Assembly: GCF_900102055.1 (NCBI RefSeq)
Contig: NZ_FNBA01000001.1
Location: forward strand, 581,085-645,084
Length of the DNA: 64,000 bases
Source: Ulvibacter litoralis
GTDB lineage: Bacteria > Bacteroidota > Bacteroidia > Flavobacteriales > Flavobacteriaceae
Direction: 5' to 3'
This document shows, one piece after another, positions 26,102 through 35,050 of the stretch (the first letter of the stretch is position 1; the number at the start of each line of letters is the position of its first letter). The translations under genes and the position numbers were made by a program. The notes under the pieces are model-generated. The model was not told where the DNA came from. It did not search any database and worked only from the letters and a program-made list of their open reading frames with translations.

Positions 26102-26191
26102 ATGCCAAGTGGTAAAAAAAGAAAAAGACATAAGGTAGCAACGCACAAGCGTAAGAAAAGAAGACGCGCGAATCGCCACAAGAAAAAGTAG
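26102..26191 (+). CDS. unlisted small ORF encoding a 29-aa highly basic peptide (MPSGKKRKRHKVATHKRKKRRRANRHKKK), candidate small ribosomal protein (bS22-like)
   Basis: Translating 26102..26191 by hand gives 19 Lys/Arg/His out of 29 residues. It sits between the HU gene and a strong terminator, and is reminiscent of bS22-type 30-aa ribosomal peptides. Confidence 0.4.
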   Translation: MPSGKKRKRHKVATHKRKKRRRANRHKKK

Positions 26192-26215
26192 TTTCCCAAC
26201 TACTTTTTCTTTTTA
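26183..26215 (+). terminator. rho-independent terminator (HU / small-peptide transcript)
   Basis: AAAAAGTAGTT-TCCC-AACTACTTTTTCTTTTT, an 11-bp stem plus T-tract. The stem overlaps the small-ORF stop codon. Confidence 0.8.
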
Positions 26216-26397
26216 CTAGCAATTAGTAAATTAAAACGTTCTTTGAAAATGAAATTGTAGTACTTTTCTACCTAAAAAGTAACCCACAATTTCGACGGGT
26301 TTTTCTTGACTTTACAATCAAGACAACAAAAACCTGTGATAAATTATTGTTTAATCCATTTGTCAGCCGTAGGCTGATGGATATAAATTAATTACAA

Positions 26398-27948
26398 GTG
26401 AACTACGAATTATTCATTAGATCCAGTTCACGAGAAGTTGATTTTGCCCTTTTAAAAGATGGAAGACTAGTTGAACTTAATAAAGAAGAAGAGGACAACA
26501 AATTTTCGGTGGGAGATGTATATCTCGCTAAGATCCGAAAAACAGTCCCTGGTCTCAACGCTGCATTTGTAAATGTTGGCTACGAAAAAGATGCTTTTTT
26601 GCATTACCATGACCTTGGACCAAAAGTCCTTACTTTATTAAAGTTCATAAAACGTGTAAGCACAGGTAAACTTAAAGAGTATTCTTTAAAAGATTTCCCA
26701 TTAGAAAAAGAGATTGATAAACACGGAGGCATTAACGACTCTGTGAAATCTAATCAATCTATTCTGGTACAAATTGTAAAAGAACCCATTTCCACAAAAG
26801 GACCACGAATTAGCTCAGAGCTTTCAATAGCTGGACGCTATATTGTACTGGTTCCTTTTTCAGACCGTGTTTCTGTTTCTCAAAAAATAGAATCAAAAGA
26901 AGAAAAAGAAAGGTTAAAACGCTTAATTACAAGCATTAAACCAAAAGGATTTGGCGTAATAATACGTACGGTAGCAGAGGGCAAAAAAGTAGCAGAACTG
27001 GATAGAGATTTACAAAATCTCACAGATCGCTGGACAGCGATGTGTAAAAAGCTACAAGGAGCACACCATCCTTCTAAGGTGTTAAGCGAGTTAAGCAGAG
27101 GGTCATCTATGATTCGAGATGTATTTAACGATTCATTCTCGGCCATTCACATAGACGACGAAACCCTTTACTTACAAATAAAAGATTATGTGCAAGAAAT
27201 TGCACCGCATAAAGAGAATATTGTTAAGTTTTATGACTCGAAAGTTCCAATGTTTGAAAAATTTGGAATCGAACGTCAAATCAAAACATCCTTTGGTAGA
27301 ACCGTATCGGGAAGCAAAGGAGCCTACTTGGTGATTGAACACACGGAAGCCATGCACGTCATAGACGTAAATAGTGGAAACCGCAGTAACAAATCCAAAA
27401 CACAAGAAGGAACAGCACTCGAAGTAAATCTAATTGCCGCTACAGAGGTAGCAAGACAATTACGATTACGAGATATGGGAGGTATTATCGTTGTAGATTT
27501 TATTGATTTAGCCTCGGCGGCCAATAGAAAACAACTTTTCGATCATCTTCGTGAAGAGATGAAAGACGATAGAGCCAAACATAAAATATTACCGCCAAGT
27601 AAATTTGGCTTGATACAAATTACCCGCCAACGCGTTAGGCCTGAAATGAATATTAAAACGCGTGAAGAAAATCCAGAAAACCTGGAAGGAGAAAACGCAG
27701 AAATTGAAGCGCCTATTGGAGTGGTAGACAAAATTAATGAAGAGGTAAAACGCCTTTTCAAAAAAGACTATAAAAAGATTACATTAAACGCACATCCTTT
27801 TATAGCAGCCTTTTTAACAAAAGGAATTCCATCAGTGCGAACCAAATGGTTTTTGGAGCACAAAAAATGGGTGAAAATTCAACCTAGAGACGCTTACACG
27901 TATCTGGAATATCATTTTTACGATAAAAATGGTGAAGAGATTAACTAG
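26398..27948 (+). CDS. rng: ribonuclease E/G family (RNase G-like)
   Basis: 516-aa ORF with an S1 domain (GDVYLAKI) and the catalytic DNase-I-like region DVNSG...DFIDL, which holds the conserved Asp pair. There is no long C-terminal scaffold, so it is RNase G-like. Confidence 0.85.
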   Translation: MNYELFIRSSSREVDFALLKDGRLVELNKEEEDNKFSVGDVYLAKIRKTVPGLNAAFVNVGYEKDAFLHYHDLGPKVLTLLKFIKRVSTGKLKEYSLKDFPLEKEIDKHGGINDSVKSNQSILVQIVKEPISTKGPRISSELSIAGRYIVLVPFSDRVSVSQKIESKEEKERLKRLITSIKPKGFGVIIRTVAEGKKVAELDRDLQNLTDRWTAMCKKLQGAHHPSKVLSELSRGSSMIRDVFNDSFSAIHIDDETLYLQIKDYVQEIAPHKENIVKFYDSKVPMFEKFGIERQIKTSFGRTVSGSKGAYLVIEHTEAMHVIDVNSGNRSNKSKTQEGTALEVNLIAATEVARQLRLRDMGGIIVVDFIDLASAANRKQLFDHLREEMKDDRAKHKILPPSKFGLIQITRQRVRPEMNIKTREENPENLEGENAEIEAPIGVVDKINEEVKRLFKKDYKKITLNAHPFIAAFLTKGIPSVRTKWFLEHKKWVKIQPRDAYTYLEYHFYDKNGEEIN

Positions 27949-27952
27949 TATT

Positions 27953-27992
27953 AAAAGCCTTTTCAATTTAATTTGAAGAGGCTTTTTTTTTG
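27953..27992 (+). terminator. rho-independent terminator after rng
   Basis: AAAAGCCTTTTCAATTTAATTTGAAGAGGCTTTTTTTTT. Confidence 0.7.
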
Positions 27993-28023
27993 CACTTTAT
28001 TGGGCATTCCCTATTTCCGTTGC

Positions 28024-28108
28024 ACTTCAGTAGGTCGGGTCATCCACTATATCTTTTTTGTCCCCTTCTGCGACAAAAAAGGATGCCGCTTCTACCCCTA
28101 ATGCAAAT
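28024..28108 (+). repeat. dispersed intergenic element, copy 2 of 3
   Basis: CTATATCTTTTTTGTCCCCTTCTGCGACAAAAAAGGATGCCGCTTCTACCCC. The hairpin is TTTTTTGTC/GACAAAAAA, followed by the conserved GGATGCCGCTTC box. Confidence 0.6.
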
Positions 28109-28174
28109 CTTTATTAGATCTCGTTTTAGCATTCAATATGTATAATCAAACACAGAAAACAGTAACTTTGCTGT

Positions 28175-28651
28175 GTGGAAAAAAGTAAGTCTTATTCTGT
28201 TACTGAAGCTACCCAACGCTTAGAACGCTATTGTGCCTATCAGGAGCGTTGCCATAAAGAAGTACAGCAAAAACTTCGAGACATGCGAATGATTCCGGAG
28301 GCTATAGACCAAATAATTCACCACTTACTTCAGCATAATTTTTTAAACGAAACACGCTTCTCACAAGCCTTTGCCAGAGGTAAATTTAGAACTAAAAAAT
28401 GGGGCAAAAACAGAATCGTACGGGAACTAAAGCTTCGCGCTATTTCCAAATACAATATTACCATTGCCTTAAAAGAAATTGAACCTTCAGAATACCTTCA
28501 AACATTTGATTTACTTTCAGAAAAACGTGTAAATCAGTTGGCTTCCGAAGAAAACCTTCAGAAAAAACGAAAAAAACTCGCAGATTATTTACTCTACCGA
28601 GGTTGGGAAAGTGAGTTGGTTTATGAAAAGTTACGGGAACTCATTCCGTAG
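28175..28651 (+). CDS. recX: recombination regulator RecX
   Basis: 158-aa ORF made of three-helix repeat units (LRYCAYQERCHKEV, FLNETRFSQAFARGKF, YLLYRGWE), typical of RecX. Confidence 0.75.
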   Translation: MEKSKSYSVTEATQRLERYCAYQERCHKEVQQKLRDMRMIPEAIDQIIHHLLQHNFLNETRFSQAFARGKFRTKKWGKNRIVRELKLRAISKYNITIALKEIEPSEYLQTFDLLSEKRVNQLASEENLQKKRKKLADYLLYRGWESELVYEKLRELIP

Positions 28652-28659
28652 CAATTTTA

Positions 28660-29175
28660 CTACAAATTAAAAGTCGCACCCACGTTTACAGAAAGCTGAT
28701 TGTTTAGCTCTTCCGAAGGTGTTAACACGCCCGTTTTATAACTCGCAAACGGAATATTTATTTCAGAAAAAAGCCCGAAACCGGTGCTAAAAAAGTATCG
28801 TGCTCCCAAATGACCTCCAAAATTTTTAATTCCTAAGTGCAAGCCTGGGTACACATCTAGGTGATCGTCTACGTTGATCACACTTCCGAGATTTGCATTA
28901 AAACGCGCTTGCACATCAAATCGATCGCCAAACTCAGCAACAACGATTTCTTCTCCTTGAAGGTTCCGAACTTTTTCAACGCCTAACAAATAAACAGACG
29001 CTACTCCTACTGAAATATTTTCTCCCAAACCATAATCCAAACTCGCCATAATACCTGTCCCATCTTGCTGCAAATTAGCACCAACTTGAAATTTTACATC
29101 TCCCTTTCCGTGAAATGCTTGCGCATGTAAACCACTTACAAACAACATGATAAAAATTAAAACGAATCCTTTCAT
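28660..29175 (-). CDS. small outer-membrane beta-barrel protein
   Basis: 171-aa ORF with a signal peptide (FVSGLHAQA), alternating amphipathic beta strands and a C-terminal GATFNL. Confidence 0.55.
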   Translation of the reverse strand: MKGFVLIFIMLFVSGLHAQAFHGKGDVKFQVGANLQQDGTGIMASLDYGLGENISVGVASVYLLGVEKVRNLQGEEIVVAEFGDRFDVQARFNANLGSVINVDDHLDVYPGLHLGIKNFGGHLGARYFFSTGFGLFSEINIPFASYKTGVLTPSEELNNQLSVNVGATFNL

Positions 29176-29215
29176 TTTCTAAAGGTGTTAGTTCAAAACA
29201 AATATACTGCTTTTT

Positions 29216-30076
29216 TTAAATGGCTTTATGGGTTCTAAGAATGGCTTGTTCGTTTTTCCAATCGATCCACTTTTGCCCTTTTAGCTTGCGCATCAATGTA
29301 TCAAAGTAACGCATCACAATAATATTATAGACAGCTCGAGCAAGATTTTTAGGACGCTTCGGAATGGAACGCAAGCTCATAGAAAAACCGGGGGTAATGT
29401 ATTTCATATAATGCCAATAGCCTTCTGGCATGTACAGCATATGTCCGTGTTCCAAATAGGTTTTATAGCCCTCTGCCTTTTCTAAAGCGGGCCATTTTTT
29501 ATAATCTGGATTTGAAAAATCGATATCCTCACGGGTAATGATTGAATGCGGAATTTTATATAAAAAATCATTTTGCTTCTGATCAAACAAAATCACTTCC
29601 TTTCTTCCTTCAAACTGAAAATGAAAAATATTTGCCAAATCAATATCGTAATGCATGAAAGTATAGGAGTCAGTTCCGCCGAAAAAAAGCATTGGTAACT
29701 TCTTCATCAACTTCATACCTAAATCTGGAAACTTAAAATCCTTCTGAAGCTCTGGTACTTCTTTCAAAATATTCCATAGAAAGATTCGGTATTTTGTAGG
29801 CTCCTTCTTCAGTAAAGCTACATAATCGTTCATTTTCATGGTGGTATGAGGCTCGTTGAAACCATCTTCATGACTTACTGGACGATTGTCGTACAGAGGC
29901 ACTGTTTTCTCACCAGCTACTTTTGCCATAAAATCAAGGTTCCACTTGGTAAATGCAGGCCAATCCTCAACAAACCGCTCTATAATAACCGGTTTTTGAG
30001 GTTTGTAATAGCGTTCCAGAAAATCTTCTTTCGAAATGGTTTTTACTCTCTCTATTTCTCGTAATTTCATAGGCAT
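29216..30076 (-). CDS. cupin-like (JmjC/cupin_8-type) domain protein
   Basis: The ORF runs 29216..30142, with a likely start at MPMKLREI. A double-stranded beta-helix signature with candidate iron ligands (HYD...H) is present. The terminator hairpin at 30129..30165 lies upstream of this start. Confidence 0.5.
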   Translation of the reverse strand: MPMKLREIERVKTISKEDFLERYYKPQKPVIIERFVEDWPAFTKWNLDFMAKVAGEKTVPLYDNRPVSHEDGFNEPHTTMKMNDYVALLKKEPTKYRIFLWNILKEVPELQKDFKFPDLGMKLMKKLPMLFFGGTDSYTFMHYDIDLANIFHFQFEGRKEVILFDQKQNDFLYKIPHSIITREDIDFSNPDYKKWPALEKAEGYKTYLEHGHMLYMPEGYWHYMKYITPGFSMSLRSIPKRPKNLARAVYNIIVMRYFDTLMRKLKGQKWIDWKNEQAILRTHKAI

Positions 30077-30128
30077 AGTAACATGTAAATTTACGAAAGT
30101 TGTTCCGATTCGGTTTTTAAAAAAAGCA

Positions 30129-30165
30129 TAAAAAAAAGGCACATCTTAGATCTGCCTTTTTTTTA
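30129..30165. terminator. bidirectional terminator hairpin between bioB and the cupin gene
   Basis: AAAAAAAGGCACATCTTAGATCTGCCTTTTTTTT, with A/T runs on both sides. Confidence 0.7.
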
Positions 30166-30181
30166 TATGAACACTTATAAT

Positions 30182-31276
30182 TTATTTTGTGACTTTACGC
30201 TTCGCTTTAGCCTCTTCATTACGCTCTATAGTGTGTCCTGGACGCGTCCAACGTGGTTTTTCACCCAAGGGTTTATACTGAGAAGCTTCGGCCTCTACAG
30301 ACTCCGGCTGTGCTTTTTTAGCAAAAGGCTTCATAGGCTCTAAACCTAATAACTTAAACATTTCCATATCTTGATTTACATCAGGATTTGGCGTGGTAAG
30401 CAACTTATCGCCTGCAAAAATAGAATTCGCTCCTGCGAAGAAGCACATGGCTTGTCCTTCACGACTCATATCCGTTCTTCCTGCCGACAAACGAACTTGT
30501 GTGTTTGGCATTACAATTCTAGTCGTTGCAACCATTCGGATCATTTCCCAGATTGAAATAGGTTCAATTTCTTCCATGGGAGTTCCTTCAACAGCCACTA
30601 ACGCATTAATTGGAACTGATTCTGGTTGCGGACTTAAACTCGCAAGTGCGACTAACATTCCTGCGCGGTCTTCTACTTTCTCCCCCATTCCGATAATTCC
30701 ACCGCTACAAACAGTCACATTGGTTTTACGAACGTTGCCAATAGTATCCAATCGATCTTGATACGCTCTAGTAGAAATCACATCTTTGTAATAATCTTCT
30801 GAAGTATCTAAATTATGATTGTACGCGTACAAACCAGCTTCTGCTAAGCGTTTTGCCTGATTCTCTGTAATCATCCCCAGTGTACAACACACTTCCATAT
30901 CTAGTTTGTTAATGGTACGCACCATTTCCAATACTTGATCAAATTCTTCACCATCTTTCACATTTCGCCAAGCAGCTCCCATACACACTCTAGAACTTCC
31001 AGAGGCTTTAGCACGTAACGCTTGCGCTTTTACTTGTTGCACTCCCATAAGATCGTTTCCTTCCACATTGGTGTGGTAACGTGCTGCTTGCGGACAATAC
31101 CCACAATCTTCTGGGCAGCCTCCTGTTTTTATAGATAGCAAGGTGGAAACTTGCACCTGATTTGGGTTGTGATTTTTACGATGTACTGTAGCTGCTTCGT
31201 ACAGCAACTCCATCATTGGTTTATTATAAAGATTTAGGATTTCTTCTTTGCTCCAGTTATTTTTAATCTCGCTCAT
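30182..31276 (-). CDS. bioB: biotin synthase BioB (radical SAM) with a roughly 45-aa Lys-rich C-terminal extension
   Basis: CPEDCGYCPQ radical-SAM cluster motif, a YNHNLDTS region and extra C-terminal residues (...EEAKAKRKVTK). Confidence 0.95.
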   Translation of the reverse strand: MSEIKNNWSKEEILNLYNKPMMELLYEAATVHRKNHNPNQVQVSTLLSIKTGGCPEDCGYCPQAARYHTNVEGNDLMGVQQVKAQALRAKASGSSRVCMGAAWRNVKDGEEFDQVLEMVRTINKLDMEVCCTLGMITENQAKRLAEAGLYAYNHNLDTSEDYYKDVISTRAYQDRLDTIGNVRKTNVTVCSGGIIGMGEKVEDRAGMLVALASLSPQPESVPINALVAVEGTPMEEIEPISIWEMIRMVATTRIVMPNTQVRLSAGRTDMSREGQAMCFFAGANSIFAGDKLLTTPNPDVNQDMEMFKLLGLEPMKPFAKKAQPESVEAEASQYKPLGEKPRWTRPGHTIERNEEAKAKRKVTK

Positions 31277-31291
31277 AAAGTTTTACTCCAA

Positions 31292-32710
31292 TTATTTTGT
31301 CGTCTTTGTATCGTCAATTGTTTGGTCCGACTTGCTTGTATCTAGTTTTTTTCCTTGCAGGTATTCTGGCAATTCCATTCCCGCCATATTGAACATCTCT
31401 TGCAAAGGAGGAACAGATCCGTACATTCCAGAAATAAAGTTAGAAGTGGCTGTTTTACCATCTTTCCCAGCTCCATTTTCCCAAACGGTAATTTTATCAA
31501 TTTTAATATTTTTAATAGCTTCTGCTTGAAGTCCGACAAGCTCTGGTAATTTGTCTGCAATTAATAGTAATGCCGCATCTTTAGAATTATTTCCTGCTGC
31601 TTTTACAATTCGATCCAGACCTTCTGCTTGTTTGGTTAGTATTTCAAAAATTCCTTGTGCTTCTGCTTGCGCCTTAAACAAAATTGCATCCGCTTCCCCT
31701 TTGGCGCGTCTTCTAATTTTTTCAGCTTCAGCTTCCGCGTCAATCTCTACCTTTTGTTTGTCAATTTCTGCAGGGATAATGATATCTGCTAATTGCGTAC
31801 TACGTTCTCTTTCTGCTCTTGTATTTTCAGCTTCTTTCTCAGCAATGTATGATTCTTGCAATGCTTTTGCCGATTGTACTTTTTCCGAAGCAATAGCAAC
31901 GCGTTCTGCTTCCGCTTCTCTTTGACGACGTAAGGAGTCGGAATTTGCTACATTAATTTTTGCAATGTTTTCTCCTTCTACTGCTTGTGCATTTGCGGCT
32001 GCTACTTGCGTACGTTGGTCTTGTACTGCATTTGCTTCACCAATAGATCCATCTCTGTTTTTTTCAGCTACCGATTTACGTGCTGCGTTAATTGCATGTG
32101 CAGCTGCCTCTTTTCCTAACGCTTCAATGTAACCAGACTCATCTACGATATCTGTAATATTTACGTTGATTAATTTAAGACCTACTTTTTTCAGCTCAGA
32201 CTCAACACTGTTAGAGATATTGTTCAAAAACTTATCTCTATCGTTGTTAATTTCTTCAATATCCATAGAAGCAACTACCAAACGTAATTGTCCGAAAATA
32301 ATCTCTTTAGCTAACTCTTGAACTTGCTCTAACCCTTGACCCAGCAATCTTTCCGCAGCATTTTGCATGATACCCGGCTCGGTTGAAATACCAATAGTAA
32401 AACGAGAAGGTACATTTACACGAATGTTTTGTTTACTTAAGGCATTTACCAAGTTAACCTCAATTGAAATTGGCGTAAGATCTAGATATTCATAATCCTG
32501 AATAACAGGCCAAATAAAGGCTGCTCCCCCATGAATACATCTGGCCGAATTACCTGTACCGACTTTACCGTACACAACTAAAATTCTATCGGAAGGACAA
32601 CGCTTGTACCTACGAATGAAGGTTACTAAAATTATAAAAACGAATAAGATCGCAAATCCGATGGCAATTAAAGGCGCCAAACCTTCTATTTGTAGTGCTA
32701 AATTTATCAT
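31292..32710 (-). CDS. flotillin / SPFH (band-7) family protein
   Basis: 472-aa ORF with an N-terminal TM, an SPFH domain and a long EA-rich coiled-coil (AEAEAEKIRRRAKGEADA). Its stop is 15 bp from the bioB start. Confidence 0.85.
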   Translation of the reverse strand: MINLALQIEGLAPLIAIGFAILFVFIILVTFIRRYKRCPSDRILVVYGKVGTGNSARCIHGGAAFIWPVIQDYEYLDLTPISIEVNLVNALSKQNIRVNVPSRFTIGISTEPGIMQNAAERLLGQGLEQVQELAKEIIFGQLRLVVASMDIEEINNDRDKFLNNISNSVESELKKVGLKLINVNITDIVDESGYIEALGKEAAAHAINAARKSVAEKNRDGSIGEANAVQDQRTQVAAANAQAVEGENIAKINVANSDSLRRQREAEAERVAIASEKVQSAKALQESYIAEKEAENTRAERERSTQLADIIIPAEIDKQKVEIDAEAEAEKIRRRAKGEADAILFKAQAEAQGIFEILTKQAEGLDRIVKAAGNNSKDAALLLIADKLPELVGLQAEAIKNIKIDKITVWENGAGKDGKTATSNFISGMYGSVPPLQEMFNMAGMELPEYLQGKKLDTSKSDQTIDDTKTTK

Positions 32711-32711
32711 A

Positions 32712-33293
32712 TTAAGAATGGTGTTTTTTTACAATTAAAATTCCGTTATCTGTTACATCTACAACCATCACAATGGTGTTTTGTACTAAATCTTCAGTTT
32801 CATTGGTCATCGCATCTAACTCTCTCAAGCCGCCCTGAACCTTTATAGAAATTTTCCCAATAGTACTTTTATTTGCGCCAACCGTAAGATAAACTTCCCC
32901 TACTTGATGCAGTGCATTTTTCATTTGTAAAGAGCCGCTGCTGTTTAATTTTCCTAAGTAATAGAAGATGGAAGCCATTACAAGCATCATTAACAACCCG
33001 CTCACTACAGAAAGAAGCACTGTAATGGTTCTAGAGGCTCCTTCATCAATACATGCAATACCAACCCATCCAAAAATGGTAAAGAATCCCACTAAATTTT
33101 TAAACGATAAAAACTGAAAGCCAATCCCTGTATCGGCGTCTATCTCTGCATCTACATCTCCTAAATCATCAACTTCGCCTCCAATAAAAGTAAGAATAAG
33201 CAAGACTATGAATATGCCTGAAGCGACTATCGCTATGAGCCAATAAATTTTTTCAAAAAAGATTAAATCTGCAAACCACTCAGCCATATACAT
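32712..33293 (-). CDS. NfeD-like membrane protein (flotillin-associated, YuaF/YqiJ type)
   Basis: 193-aa ORF with N-terminal TM helices and a C-terminal OB-fold-like domain (GEVYLTVGANKSTIGKISIKVQGG). It directly abuts the flotillin gene. Confidence 0.7.
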   Translation of the reverse strand: MYMAEWFADLIFFEKIYWLIAIVASGIFIVLLILTFIGGEVDDLGDVDAEIDADTGIGFQFLSFKNLVGFFTIFGWVGIACIDEGASRTITVLLSVVSGLLMMLVMASIFYYLGKLNSSGSLQMKNALHQVGEVYLTVGANKSTIGKISIKVQGGLRELDAMTNETEDLVQNTIVMVVDVTDNGILIVKKHHS

Positions 33294-33358
33294 TTACTTT
33301 TTATAAAACAATGAGGTAATATAGGTACTTTTTATATGTATCACAATAAAAGGTTTTG

Positions 33359-34543
33359 TTACTTAGAAACAATTATACTTACCGCATTGCCCCCAAAACC
33401 GACTGCATTGACTAAAATGGTTTTTAATTGCTTCGGAAACTGTTTTTCATTGTTGAAATATGGATTTTCTATAAATTGATTGTGTTTCAACATTAGCACA
33501 GCCATTTCTAAACTAAGCATTCCTGAAGCTCCAAAAGTATGTCCCACCAACCATTTATTAGAGGTTAATAGGGGCATTTCATTTCCGAAAACCTCTTTAA
33601 TTGCATTTAATTCTGAAACATCTCCTTTTACTGTTCCCGGTGCGTGCATTACAATAGCATCTACGTTTTGCAAGTTTGCTTTTTGTAGTGCCATTTTCAT
33701 TGATTTCTGAAAGCAACTTGCATTTTCTGAAATAGAACTATTGTGTGTTAGCTTTTCTGAAGCAAATCCGTAACCAGAAATAATGGCCTGCGTATGACTG
33801 AAAACACCTTTTTCTAAAACCGCTACGGCTGAAGCTTCTCCCAACACCATTGTATTTTTTTCTTTCTGAAATTTCATCGACTCACAGGCCAAATCATTTT
33901 CAGAATTGGAATATAATTTCATCGCTTTCATTTGAGCAATGGTAAAAGGGGTCAATGCTGCTTCGCTTCCGCCCACCACAAATGCGTCTGCCATATCGGC
34001 TTGCAACCAAGCAATTCCGTTAAGCACTGCGTGTAAAGCGGTCGAGCAGGTTACTGAATGCCCAATGGTAACTCCGTTGGTATTCAATTCTTGTCCCACC
34101 CAAGACGAAATATTTCCTAAAGTTGTGGTTGGTGATGTAAAAGCTGAAACTTTTTCTCCTCGCAAAAACTGCTCGTGAAAACCTTCAAACAACGATGTTG
34201 CTCCTCGGGAAGAACCAATATTAACACCTATGTTTTTGCCTTCAAATTGACCTAAAAAAGCTTCTTTTGAAGCCATAATTGCCAAAAGCACCGACCTGTC
34301 TAGCTTTTTGTAAGTCGCACTAGAACGTTTCATCTGTTGCAGAACAGCTTCAGCTTCCGAAGAAATTTCAGAAACCCACACTTTTATTTCCGAAGAAATT
34401 GGCTTTATAAAAGGGTCGCTAACAATAAAACTTTTCTTTTTAAAAAGGGGACGCCAATTTCGATAACTTTGCCACACTTCTTCTTGGGTAGTTCCTAAGG
34501 CAGAAATTGAAGCTATATTTGAAATAGAAATAGGTGTATCCAC
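33359..34543 (-). CDS. beta-ketoacyl-[ACP] synthase family protein (KAS I/II-like, divergent)
   Basis: 394-aa ORF with active-site Cys (HSVTCSTAL), His motifs (MHAPGT, VGHTFGASG) and a C-terminal GFGGNAVSIIV. Confidence 0.75.
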   Translation of the reverse strand: MDTPISISNIASISALGTTQEEVWQSYRNWRPLFKKKSFIVSDPFIKPISSEIKVWVSEISSEAEAVLQQMKRSSATYKKLDRSVLLAIMASKEAFLGQFEGKNIGVNIGSSRGATSLFEGFHEQFLRGEKVSAFTSPTTTLGNISSWVGQELNTNGVTIGHSVTCSTALHAVLNGIAWLQADMADAFVVGGSEAALTPFTIAQMKAMKLYSNSENDLACESMKFQKEKNTMVLGEASAVAVLEKGVFSHTQAIISGYGFASEKLTHNSSISENASCFQKSMKMALQKANLQNVDAIVMHAPGTVKGDVSELNAIKEVFGNEMPLLTSNKWLVGHTFGASGMLSLEMAVLMLKHNQFIENPYFNNEKQFPKQLKTILVNAVGFGGNAVSIIVSK

Positions 34544-34609
34544 TTTTTTTATTAATTTAATGCAAAAATAGTGGTTCTACCGTTTTAAAGTGTCCTTAAT
34601 AGAAATAAT

Positions 34610-35050
34610 ATGGAAGAAAATACAAAGACAGAAAATTGGTTTAAACGAAACTGGAAATGGGCAGTACCAACAGGTGGTTGTCTTTTAACTATTTTATTTA
34701 TTATTGGTTTTGCCGGAACGATGGTTTTAGGCGTTAGCTCTTTATTTACAAGCTCTGAGCCCTATAAAGAAGCACTAACAAAGGCGCAAACCAGTCAATT
34801 AGTGATTGACATTCTTGGAGAACCCATTGAAAAAGACGGCATTGCAAAAGGAAGTGTTAATTATACCAATGGTGATGGATATTGCAACCTAGATATTCCT
34901 ATAAAAGGACCTAATGGAACCGCTATTATTACCGTTATTGCTGAAAAACAAACCGACGTTTGGAACTATGAAACCCTAGAATTACGAGTTCATGATACCG
35001 GAGAAATCATCACTTTGCTTGAAAACAATGAGGTCTTAGACGATTGGTAA
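34610..35050 (+). CDS. hypothetical membrane-anchored protein (Coa1-like fold candidate)
   Basis: 146-aa ORF with a single N-terminal TM (VPTGGCLLTILFIIGFAG) and then a soluble domain. Its end overlaps the bioA 3' end by 15 bp. Confidence 0.35.
   Translation: MEENTKTENWFKRNWKWAVPTGGCLLTILFIIGFAGTMVLGVSSLFTSSEPYKEALTKAQTSQLVIDILGEPIEKDGIAKGSVNYTNGDGYCNLDIPIKGPNGTAIITVIAEKQTDVWNYETLELRVHDTGEIITLLENNEVLDDW

Noticed and set aside
31551-31925. Ala/Ser-rich 124-aa plus-strand ORF
   Set aside because: It is the reverse-strand reading of the flotillin EA-rich coiled-coil repeats (GCT/GAA-rich DNA). A compositional artefact.
34610-35050. Whether this plus-strand ORF is real, given its 15-bp overlap with the bioA 3' end
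   Set aside because: Kept as a low-confidence feature rather than rejected. It has a convincing single TM helix and an ordinary composition. A short convergent overlap is common.
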